From IMG/VR virus record IMGVR_UViG_3300025805_000002, positions 1-53,485 of that record: a stretch of DNA of 53,485 nucleotides; one strand, written 5' to 3'. Positions within the stretch are counted from its first letter, which is position 1. Each line of letters begins with the position of its first letter. Position numbers and translations under genes: made by a program. This document shows, one piece after another, positions 17,813 to 27,300 of the stretch. Under the pieces are notes generated by a model. That model did not search any database. It saw nothing but the letters and a program-made list of their open reading frames with translations, and was not told the DNA's origin. The stretch is from a virus. Its lineage: Duplodnaviria > Caudoviricetes.

Positions 17813-20200
17813 TCAGCCTCCCCAGGAGGTCCCGTAGCTCTTGCCGTAGCCGGGAGGCGGCAGCGTCATGTTGATCTCGTGCGCCTGGATAGAGCGGATG
17901 CCGCCTCGGGCCGAATAGACCTTCACGATCACCTGCGTCTCACCATCCCAGGCCGTCTTCGGTATGGAGAAGCTGGTCCCGGTGATCCCGGTATAGCTGT
18001 TCAGGACCGCGCGGTCACTGGCTCTCAGCACATCCACTTCCGTCGTCTGTCCGCTCTCCGGCGCGACCGTGGCCGCGTTCCAGGCGAGGATGACAGCATC
18101 CTCCCCCTGCCGGTAACGGTTCGCCCAGGTGACGCTCTTGGCCTCGCGGTCGAGCGCCACATAGGTTCCGAAGGCGGTGCCCTCCAGCATCACGTTCGCG
18201 GGCCGGAAGGGCGCATGAGGCCGCTCGGTAAGCTCGAAGTTCCGCAGCACGGCATCGTTGATGCTTAGGGACCCGCCCACGGCGACCGGCAGCACCTTGA
18301 ACCCCACATCCTCGAAGGCCGAACGGTTCGTGAAATCCCACAAGGTGGACGATGAACTGACGAACCAGATCGGGGTGCCAGGGGGCCACGTCTTGGGGGT
18401 CGTGTCCAGGATGCCGCGCCGGAGCGTGATCGTGCCTGCCCCAGCGTCCTTGGCCGTGATCCCGGCGATCTCCATGTCACCGTCGTCACCCGAGCCGATG
18501 ATGGCGAAGTGCTCCACCTGCGGGGTCGATCCGTTCGACAGCGCGGGCAGACTTATCACGCTGCTGACCTCCTGGACCATGGTGCTGGACAAGATGCCGC
18601 GCGGGATGATCGTTGCCGTCGAGATGACCCGGAACTCCGACGATCCCAGCGCACCCTGCACGTCCCCCGCGATCTCGAAGAAGTCGATCCCGGACTGGCT
18701 GGTGGAGGCCAGGACGCCCAGGTGCGCCGTGGGGTAGTTGTCCGTTCCGGGCACGATCAGCCCCGCCCGAACCGAGATGGTGTAGGGCATGGTGAACGCC
18801 TGGACGTGGGCGGCCTCTTCAGCGTCGCCGTCGTCATAGTCGATGATGGGGTCCGGGCTGCTGAAGATCGGAGCGGCGGCCAGGGAGAAGACATCCTCGA
18901 CCAAGCTGGCCTTGATGGGGCCAGTTCCCGTGGTGTCGTCGTCCACCTTCATCACGCGCATGATGACCATGGCGTCACTGTCTTCCGGCGAGTCCAGCTT
19001 CAGCACCATGCCGGGAACGATGTCCCAGAACTCGCGCAGGAACTCGACCTCGGCAGTCGCCAGGGGGTAGCTCTCGGCACGAAGGTCCCTCTCCCCGAGC
19101 GTCTTGGCGAGGTTCGGGTTGTGGACGGCGTAATAGTTCCGGCCCGTCGAGATCACGCCGCCCTCGGCAGCGATCCCGGCGAGGTCCTGGACCGTGACCG
19201 AGGCTTCCTCGTAGGTGTCCGGGTTCGTGTATGTCACGACGATCTCGTTCACCAGTTCCTCTTGCTTCCGCTGGAAGCTGGTCACGGTGCAGTTCGAGTA
19301 ATCCGCCACCGGCAGATCGTCCACCACATAGTCGCCCCGCAGCAGCTTCAGGGTGGTGAGGCCCGACCGAGGGTCCTCGTAGACAAGAGCGTTGATGTGA
19401 TCCAGGATTTCCAGGATCATGTCTTTGACCTTGCCTTGGCTGATCCATTTCAGCGAGATACCAAAGCCTTCGTTGAACAGGGTCTGCGCGGCAAGCTCGA
19501 ACGATTCGACGTTGACCCGCGAGATCGGCAGACCGGCACCGAAGTCTCGATCCGTCTGAAGCTCGTAGATGATGTGTGCCGGGTTCGCGTCCTTGACCAT
19601 GCCCGAGCGAGTGATCCCGGCGAACTTCCTGGTGAGGCCCTTCGGTCGGCGCGAACCGACAACCTTCAGTTCCCGGAGATAGGGGTTGTTGGCCTGGAAG
19701 TAGAAGCCCGCCCCGCCCGTCGTCGTCGTGCCGAGCCCCAGGATCGGGAACGTCAGGTTGAAGAAGCCGGGAGCTTGCGCCACGGTGATGTCGAACGCGG
19801 AGTCCTGCCCCACGTCATACATATCCCCCAGGAGCGCGCCGTCGTATTCGGCCTTGACCGACTCATGGAAGAACAGAGTCGTGGTGCCCCGATAGCTCGG
19901 GATCAGGTCTGCGACCGCGCCGAACTTCGCCAGGAGATAGGGCGGCATGAACTGGTGGTCTTCGCCCATCATAACGGTGATCGCACCAAGGACGCCGCCT
20001 TCGCGCTTCGGGCCACCGAACAGGTCTTCCTTGTTGACGTTGAAGACCTTCGATTGCGTCACGCTGCCAGTCCAGATCGCGCGATCTCCCAGGATGATCT
20101 GAGTGATCTCGTCCATCTGCTGGGCGATCCCAGCCTGAAGCGACAGGTAGTATCGGAAATACTCGCCGCCACCGCCCTTCTTGCCGCCACCGCCGCCCAT
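17813..20200 (-). CDS. Central tail/baseplate protein (Phage-tail_3/J-like)
   Basis: LFGGPKREGG, PSYRG, NNPYL, DANPAHIIYE, TLFNEGFGIS. Confidence 0.85.
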   Translation of the reverse strand: MGGGGGKKGGGGEYFRYYLSLQAGIAQQMDEITQIILGDRAIWTGSVTQSKVFNVNKEDLFGGPKREGGVLGAITVMMGEDHQFMPPYLLAKFGAVADLIPSYRGTTTLFFHESVKAEYDGALLGDMYDVGQDSAFDITVAQAPGFFNLTFPILGLGTTTTGGAGFYFQANNPYLRELKVVGSRRPKGLTRKFAGITRSGMVKDANPAHIIYELQTDRDFGAGLPISRVNVESFELAAQTLFNEGFGISLKWISQGKVKDMILEILDHINALVYEDPRSGLTTLKLLRGDYVVDDLPVADYSNCTVTSFQRKQEELVNEIVVTYTNPDTYEEASVTVQDLAGIAAEGGVISTGRNYYAVHNPNLAKTLGERDLRAESYPLATAEVEFLREFWDIVPGMVLKLDSPEDSDAMVIMRVMKVDDDTTGTGPIKASLVEDVFSLAAAPIFSSPDPIIDYDDGDAEEAAHVQAFTMPYTISVRAGLIVPGTDNYPTAHLGVLASTSQSGIDFFEIAGDVQGALGSSEFRVISTATIIPRGILSSTMVQEVSSVISLPALSNGSTPQVEHFAIIGSGDDGDMEIAGITAKDAGAGTITLRRGILDTTPKTWPPGTPIWFVSSSSTLWDFTNRSAFEDVGFKVLPVAVGGSLSINDAVLRNFELTERPHAPFRPANVMLEGTAFGTYVALDREAKSVTWANRYRQGEDAVILAWNAATVAPESGQTTEVDVLRASDRAVLNSYTGITGTSFSIPKTAWDGETQVIVKVYSARGGIRSIQAHEINMTLPPPGYGKSYGTSWGG

Positions 20201-20421
20201 TACTCGGCCCCCTTCTTGGCCGCGATCCGCTCTTCGGCCTTCTCGATCCCGCGCTGAACATGCGCGTCGTCGATCAGCCGAGCGGACTCGATGTCCAGGC
20301 CGTTGCGAACGAACGAGCGGAAGTCCTGGTCAAGACCCATTTTCTCGTAGTGATCCTTGATGCCGGTGACACAGAAACCGGCGGCCCGCAGATCGTGGAT
20401 GGTGAGCTTGTCGGCCATCAC
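20200..20421 (-). CDS. Small tail-associated protein
   Basis: TIHDLRAAGFC..G...DFRSFVRNG motif; position. Confidence 0.75.
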   Translation of the reverse strand: MMADKLTIHDLRAAGFCVTGIKDHYEKMGLDQDFRSFVRNGLDIESARLIDDAHVQRGIEKAEERIAAKKGAE

Positions 20422-20645
20422 AACTTCCTCGATTCGGTTCTCTTGTCCCCATACCAGAGCACGTTCGGGCTCTCGATCAGGACCGTGCCGAACACAACCG
20501 GGATCGGCCTCCCGGCTTCAGCGGTCGGGCTCTCCAGGTCCTGCACTTCGTTCGGCTTCGAGGTCTTCGGCCTGGGGGCCAGGAGATACGAGATGAACGA
20601 GAACGCGAGGCCGATCAGAAGCTGGACGAGGAAGTTGAAAGCCAT
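20418..20645 (-). CDS. Small tail assembly protein
   Basis: PTAEAGRPIPVVFGT...NVLWYGD. Confidence 0.8.
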   Translation of the reverse strand: MAFNFLVQLLIGLAFSFISYLLAPRPKTSKPNEVQDLESPTAEAGRPIPVVFGTVLIESPNVLWYGDKRTESRKL

Positions 20646-20654
20646 GATGCGACC

Positions 20655-23138
20655 CTAGTAGAAGTTGTTCGTGTTGGACCCCATGGGGTTCTTGGTGGGG
20701 ATCGTCGGGCAAGCGCCGCAGTTCTGGATGTTCTGGTGAAGGTCGCGGCAGTCTTGGACGGTCTGTCCGCAGCCTAGCACCACTTTCACCGTGTCGGATA
20801 CCGAAAGTTCGGTGGCAGGCCCCGAGAGGGTGAGCACGGTCGACGTGGCCGCCAGGATGCGGCGACGCTCGATCTGCGATCCAGCCCGAGTCCATTCGAC
20901 ATAGCCGGTGACATACTTCGCCACGGGGAAGGTGTTCCAGGAGCTTGCCAAGGTGAGGTCCGTGCCGCTGATCCCTACCACGGTGCCGATCACCGTCGCC
21001 GCGTCCCTGTCCGCTCGGCAGAGCGGGCCGTAGAGGACGTGGGGGCATCCGACCTGATAGTTCCGGGTCAGCCCTGCGCGCGCCAGTGCAGCGGCGCTGG
21101 GGATGCCTTGCACGATCAGTTCTTCACCCCGGCGCTTGGTCGACGTGATCCGCCCATGCCAGCGCGGGACGAAGAGCATGGTCCCGTCCGTCATGTGGCC
21201 TTGGAGGATCGTCAGCACCATGGGGTGGGCAGGCCGGAACTGGCGGAACATGGAGGCAAGCTCGCCGTCCCGAGGGACCATGACCTCGAAGCTGGACCGC
21301 TCCAGCGAGCCGCCCGTCTTGGTCCTTCCGGGCTTGATCGGGATCGGGGTGTAGGTGAACCCGCCATATTCGATGGGCTTGGCCGCGTTCGTATAGCGGA
21401 AGGTCTCCATGGTGCCCGCGACAGGGTTCGGAATCTGGAGCCTGCCGTTCAGCCAATGCCCGTATTCCCAATTCTCCGCGTCGCCCCAGAAGTCGCTGGC
21501 GTTCGGGAAATCAGGGTAGGGGCGCGAGTCCCAAGCCCAGATCGAGATTCGGTCAAGGTCGATCATTCCCGGCTCGTTGTTGGCCTCCCAATAGGAAAGC
21601 TCGGCCTCCAGGAAAGCGCGCTGCATGAGATCGTCCCGGACCTCCAGCGAATAGTAGGGGAAGCCGTTCTCCGAAGACTTGGGGTCGACGAACACGTTCG
21701 GCTGGTTCGCTCCGCGATTGGTGGCCGAGCACCCAAGCTCGGTGAAGGTGATCGCTTTCGACTCGGGCACCCAGGCCGAGGCCGTCGTCTCCACGCCGTC
21801 GATCCGGTGGATGTGGGTGTTCTTCCACCAGTTGCGAATGTCCTTCTGCCGGTAGGCCCAGGGCTTGTTGTACCCGCCATCACTGATCGGGGTCCTGATC
21901 TGGTTGTTCCGATTCGACTGGCTGGCGTAGAAGAAGTCGTAGTCCTCCCCGCCCTCGACATTGGACCGAAGGTAGTTCAGGTCGTAGATCGAAGACCACC
22001 CGGCTTCCGCGTCGATGTGGTCCACACCGGCGCGCCAGTCGGAGAGCTTCATGTAGTTGTCGATCCCGATGTAGTCGATGTCGGGGTGTGCCCAGAGAGC
22101 GTCCAGATGGAAGTGGATGTCTCCCGTGCCGTCTCCAGGCCGGTAGCCGTTCCACTCCGACCAGTCAGCCGCATAGCTGATCTTGACCCCGGAGCCCAGG
22201 ATCGCGCGGCACTCGCCCAGGAGGGAGATCAGTTGCGTCACCGCAGGGAAGGTGGACCGCGCCGAGCGGATGCGGTTCATCTCGACCATCTCGGTCCCGA
22301 TCAGGAAGTCATCGGCTCCCGCCGCGTCCGCGATGGTTGCCAGATGCAGAATGTGACGCCGGAAGCTCCACTCTCCGGCGGGACCCGAATAGGTGACAGT
22401 CTTGCTCGTGCCGTTCCAGCCGAAGTCGATGGCATCCACCGTGCCGAAGAAGTTCGCGACCTGGGTGGCAGCGGTTGCCGTCTGATCGACAGAACCGGGA
22501 ACCCCTGGCGCGGGGTAGCAGGTGATCCGGCCCCGCCAGGGATAGGCGGGCTGGCCGGTCCCGCCGTAGGGGTTCGGCAGCGAGTTTCCCGGCGGCACGT
22601 CCATAAGAATGAAGGGGTAGACCGTGACGGCGATCCCCTTGCTCTTCAGCCATACGATGCACTCGTAGACGCTCCGATCCGAAGGAGCCCCGCCCGCTGC
22701 CGGGTTCCCCGAGATGTAGCTGACCACTTCTGCCGTGCCCCGAGTCGTCGGCCCTACCTGCCAGACGTAGGGCGTTGTGGGCTTGTCCGCACGGTCGACC
22801 TTGGGTTTGATCTGGCAGTTCCCGATCCGAAGATCATCCCCGTGCCACGCGACCACGACGGACACATGGACAAGGTTCGGGGCTCGTTCCAGAAGCTGTT
22901 CCATCGAACGAACGAAGTCGGTGATCTCGCCGCCTGCATAGGAGTTCTCATGGATGCCGCCATCGGTCTTTCTGACCGTGGTGGTGCCATATCCGAACTC
23001 CGTCGTGCCGGGGATCAGGCAGACCGAGCGGATCAGTCGTTCGGCCACGAACTCGGAGTCCGCTGCACCGGAAAAGGTGAAGAGGTTGACGGGCGCGGCG
23101 TTTTGCTTGCTGCTGGTGATCGAATCATAGGTGGTCAT
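20655..23138 (-). CDS. Baseplate hub (DUF2163/BR0599, Fe-S type) with inserted GTA TIM-barrel glycoside-hydrolase-like domain
   Basis: IPGTTEFGY, QPAYPWRGRIT, SYAADWSE, GIDNY, FTELGC, WAWDSRPYP; C-terminal CPHVLY..C and GC.QT..DC. Confidence 0.85.
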   Translation of the reverse strand: MTTYDSITSSKQNAAPVNLFTFSGAADSEFVAERLIRSVCLIPGTTEFGYGTTTVRKTDGGIHENSYAGGEITDFVRSMEQLLERAPNLVHVSVVVAWHGDDLRIGNCQIKPKVDRADKPTTPYVWQVGPTTRGTAEVVSYISGNPAAGGAPSDRSVYECIVWLKSKGIAVTVYPFILMDVPPGNSLPNPYGGTGQPAYPWRGRITCYPAPGVPGSVDQTATAATQVANFFGTVDAIDFGWNGTSKTVTYSGPAGEWSFRRHILHLATIADAAGADDFLIGTEMVEMNRIRSARSTFPAVTQLISLLGECRAILGSGVKISYAADWSEWNGYRPGDGTGDIHFHLDALWAHPDIDYIGIDNYMKLSDWRAGVDHIDAEAGWSSIYDLNYLRSNVEGGEDYDFFYASQSNRNNQIRTPISDGGYNKPWAYRQKDIRNWWKNTHIHRIDGVETTASAWVPESKAITFTELGCSATNRGANQPNVFVDPKSSENGFPYYSLEVRDDLMQRAFLEAELSYWEANNEPGMIDLDRISIWAWDSRPYPDFPNASDFWGDAENWEYGHWLNGRLQIPNPVAGTMETFRYTNAAKPIEYGGFTYTPIPIKPGRTKTGGSLERSSFEVMVPRDGELASMFRQFRPAHPMVLTILQGHMTDGTMLFVPRWHGRITSTKRRGEELIVQGIPSAAALARAGLTRNYQVGCPHVLYGPLCRADRDAATVIGTVVGISGTDLTLASSWNTFPVAKYVTGYVEWTRAGSQIERRRILAATSTVLTLSGPATELSVSDTVKVVLGCGQTVQDCRDLHQNIQNCGACPTIPTKNPMGSNTNNFY

Positions 23139-24307
23139 GCGGCGCTCCAGAAGTCTTCCAGGGTGGAAATGGTGACTACGGTGGTCGCCACGTTATCAGA
23201 GACCCACTCCAAGGAGAAGGCGTCAGACGCGAAGTTTGCCACGTTCAGGAAGGCCACCATGCCGACGCTCGACCGGGGCACCGTCTCCGGCCAGTTGTTC
23301 CGCATGGTGATGATGGTCGAGCCCGACCCCGCGACGGCGCTCACGATCTGGTTGTAGCGCCACCCGAGGGGGGTCTTGACTGCGATTGCCCGATGGACCG
23401 TGTTGCCAGTCAGGTATGCCGCGACCTCCGAGTCCTCGACCGACAGGGTGTTGGAGCCTGCCGTCAAGCCAGCGATTGCCCGAAGGTCCCGCTGAAGGTT
23501 CGGGATGTAGAACTCCCTCTGCCGACCGCGATGCCGCCGGAAGAAGTTCTCGACATCCTTGGCTGCACCGAAACCGTTTCGGAGAAGCTGGAAGCGCCGG
23601 ATCACGGTCGGGAAGTCGAAGGGGTGGTAGACCCGGTGGACCCCATAGCTGTAGTCCAGCATCAAGCGCGGGTCTTCAATCTCGACCCGAGGCGCTGCCG
23701 CCCAATTCACCGGGAAATCGAAGACCTCCAGCCCGTCGAACGTCGACACAGGGGTCCCGAAGTCATAGTCAGGCTCGGACCCTGGCGTGACCTCGAACGC
23801 CACGCTCACGGCGTTGACTTCGCTGGTGTATCCCCGCTGGGTGGTCTTCTGGTCCATGCGACCCTTGAACCCCTCCAGGACGCTCGCTCCGGCGGCCCAG
23901 GAGCCCGTCAGCGCGGCAGAGAGGGTGATCGTGGTGCCGGTGCGGCTGGCGATGGTCCCTGCCTCGCCGTGGCCGTCCTGGACGATGCAGAGCGTCGCTC
24001 CGGGCTCCATCCAAGGGCGAACCTCGGTGACGGAGACCGTGGTGCCGCTGGCGGCGCTCGCAAGGTAGCGCCGATCCGGCCAGAACGGCATCACGATCTC
24101 GTTGCGAAGCTCCAGGAAAAGCTCTCTCTGGACCTGGGTGAAGTTGCTCCGTTTCGCCAGGGACGTGAACTCGAACGCAAGCCGGGGCTCGAACCGCTGG
24201 GCGATCCGCTGTTGCTTGCCGTTCCTGGACACGTTGATGTCCGTCAGGAACCGAAGCGTTACCTCGAATCCCTGCGACCAGTTCGGGGGGTGCGGCCAGA
24301 CGAACAT
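23135..24307 (-). CDS. Distal tail (Dit-like) protein
   Basis: WPHPPNW...FLTDI...QRIAQR..PR; directly follows the tape measure gene. Confidence 0.7.
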   Translation of the reverse strand: MFVWPHPPNWSQGFEVTLRFLTDINVSRNGKQQRIAQRFEPRLAFEFTSLAKRSNFTQVQRELFLELRNEIVMPFWPDRRYLASAASGTTVSVTEVRPWMEPGATLCIVQDGHGEAGTIASRTGTTITLSAALTGSWAAGASVLEGFKGRMDQKTTQRGYTSEVNAVSVAFEVTPGSEPDYDFGTPVSTFDGLEVFDFPVNWAAAPRVEIEDPRLMLDYSYGVHRVYHPFDFPTVIRRFQLLRNGFGAAKDVENFFRRHRGRQREFYIPNLQRDLRAIAGLTAGSNTLSVEDSEVAAYLTGNTVHRAIAVKTPLGWRYNQIVSAVAGSGSTIITMRNNWPETVPRSSVGMVAFLNVANFASDAFSLEWVSDNVATTVVTISTLEDFWSAA

Positions 24308-24310
24308 CCC

Positions 24311-27300
24311 TTAGCTCTCGATTGCGGCGCGGACGGACGAAGCGTTCGCGCGGATGAAGTTCAGGATGGCTTCTTCGCCTGCTGCCGTGTTCAGCCCCTC
24401 GGACACCACCTGCCCACCGTCGATGGCGTTGACGATCTTGATCCGAGCCGACTGCGGCGACCCCGTGGCCCCGCCACCGTTGAAAGCGTGGCGCGGATCA
24501 TCCTGGGTCAAGACCTCTTCTCCCCGCTTCAGGATCGAAGGGACCTCGCCAGGAGCAAGGCCCGCGATGCCGCCCGAGTGGTAGCGCATGGCGTTCATAA
24601 AGGCTCCGGCGTCGACCGAGCGAGCCGTGCCCCGCGCGCCGACGACGCCGCCAGAGTGCAGGACGATAGCCTGCCCCGCGCCGAAGCCGAACGCACCGAG
24701 GATGCCCTTGGCCGCGTTCAGCGCAAGCTGCTGGAGGATCATCTGGGCGATCTGCCGCAGGAAGTCCGAAGCGAACTGGAGGAAGGCGTCCCGCAGGCTC
24801 TCGGTCACGCTCTTGCCCTCGGCCAGCGACTGCGCGAACGTGTTGGCCGCGTTGACCAGCGATCCGGCCAGAGCTTGTTCGACCTGTTCGTAGGTCAGCC
24901 TGATCCGGTTCCCGGACTCGACGCCCTGGAACTGAAGCGCGCGAAGACGGGAGATCAGCGCCTGGATTTGCGGGTCGCTGGAGCCCATGGCGATGGCGAA
25001 GTTCAGTGCGTTCTCGATAGCTTCCTGCAACAGCCGATTGACCTCGGCCATCTGGTCCTGGATGCCCGAGAGGGCTTCTTCATTCGCGCCGGAAGCCTGG
25101 GCCGCGTCGAGTTCAGCCTGAAGCTGCTGCCGCAGTTGCAGAAGCTCGTTGACCCGTTCTTCTTGGGCCAAGGCCCGCTCCCGCTCGGCATTGCGAAGCC
25201 GATCCGCGTTCTGAAGATCGAACAGCCGACCAGCTTGCTCGCCGATCAGGCGAAGCTCGTCCTCGGTAATGTCGGCGTTCTGTTGCCGCGCTTGCCGCTG
25301 GGCTTCCAGGACCGCCGCCTCGCGCTCCTGACCAGCCGCAATCAACTCCTGCTGGGCGATCTGGAACCGCTGATTGTCGACCGTCTCGGCAGTCGCTTCC
25401 GCCGCCCGTGCCCGAGCCTCGGCCTCTTCTTCAGCGAGACGAGCCGACTCCTCTTGCGCGGCTACATACCCGCTCAGATCGAGTTCGCCACCCGACTCGA
25501 AGAGTGCCGCTTCCTGGTTCCGACGCCGGATAAGACCTTGGCCCGTTTCCGAGGTCGGCTCGAATTGAGACGAACCGAGTGCCCGGATCGCGTCCGCCAC
25601 ACCTTCCGCAGAACCGTTTCGGACTGCCTCGGCCACACCCGCGAGCGATTCTCCGGGCTGGAAGGCTCCTGCACCAAAGTTGTAGGCCAGAGAGGTCAGC
25701 ACGGCTTGCTGGCGAGGATCGAGCCCCGCGAACCGTTCGGAGCCCACGGCGCGTTCAACCGCAGGAGTGAACTCCTGCATGATCCGCCGAACGAGGTCTC
25801 GGTCAGCGTCCGCCCGCGTGATCCGCATACCTTCGGTCACGGCCCGGATCGTTCCGTCCGAAAGCGTAACCGTGTCCGAACCATAGCCGATGCGGAAGGC
25901 GTTGACATCGTAGTAAGGAGTCTCGCGGAACCCCTCGAAGCCCCGAATCATCTGGGCAGCGAGCCCTGCCGTGCCACCGCCGACCCCCTGGAGGTTCGAG
26001 ATGAAGTCCTCCACGTCGAAGTCGTTCAAGGCAGTCTGGTAGAGCCGGAAGGCTTCCAGGACCTGACCCCACGTCCGCGCGAGGCGCAGCGTCTGTTGGT
26101 AGGCGTTCTCCAGTTCCGACCGGCGGTCCAGGTCTTCGATCTCGTCGGCGAGGCTGGGCACCTGTTCCCGCAGCTTGCCGATGGCTTCCCGCCACTGATC
26201 CAGGTCTTCGGTGCCCGAACGCGCCGCGTCCCCGGTGGTCTCGATCTGCCCCGACAGTCGCCGAAGAGCTTCACGAGCCTCGGCTTCCGTCCCGGTGAGG
26301 GCCACTAGGATCAGGTCGGCCTCTTCAACGCGGCCAGACGCCACGGCGATCTGACGAGCGATCTCGTCAAAGGTCTCGGCGAACTGTTCGTTGACCGGGA
26401 ACAGTTCACGAAACCGTTCGTTCAGTTCGTCGAGTTGACTGACAAAAGCGTCAGCGTCGATGGTCCCCGTGCGGAACTGATTAAAAAGCGCGTCGACCTC
26501 GGTAAAGAACCCCCCGCCCGCGCCGACAGCGCCGCCCAGGACGTTACGAGGAATCGCGTCCCGGAACTGCTGTTGCAGGGCGCGAAGCTCGACCTGGAGC
26601 GACTGAAGGTTCGACCGCGCCTGGGTGGTGGTCAGGTTTTCGATCTGCTGCCGCCAAGCCTCGACCGACCCGCCAGCCTCGTCATAGGCGTTGCGGACCT
26701 GATCGAGAAGCTGTTCGTGTTGGCGCAGCGCCTCGGTGGCATCTTCCGTCCTGGTGATCCAGAGCCCGATCCCCGTGCCGATCAGCGCCACCAGGAGCCC
26801 GATCCCGGTGCTCGACATGAGAAGGGTCAGTGCCCCGCGCAGCCGCGTGACCGCCGCTGCCGTTCCCGTGAGAGTGCCGGTGGTGGCAAGCATGGAGGCT
26901 TGCAGCGCGACGAAGCTGCCGCGAACCGTGGCGATGGTCAGCGGAAGTTGCCGCAGCACGACAAGGATCGCCACAACGAACGGTGCGATCTTCAAGCCGA
27001 TGAAGGTGGTGGCCGCGATGATGACCAGATCGAAGTTCTGGGCAAGCGAGCCGAGGACATCGAACAGGGTCCCAAGAGCCGCGCCGACGCGATCCGCGAA
27101 GTCCCGGAACTGCGCGGAGTCCAGGGTCTCGGTCAGATCGCGCAACAGATCGGTGAAGCCCCGGATTGCCCCGCCCTCGCCGATGCGAAGGAAAGTCTGG
27201 AACAGAGCGTTCTGGAACCGACCCAGGGCGGCGTTCGTGGTCTCCAAGGCTTCAGGGAGCGCGTCAGCGAAGCGGCGGTCGAGTTCGTCAGCGAAGTTGG

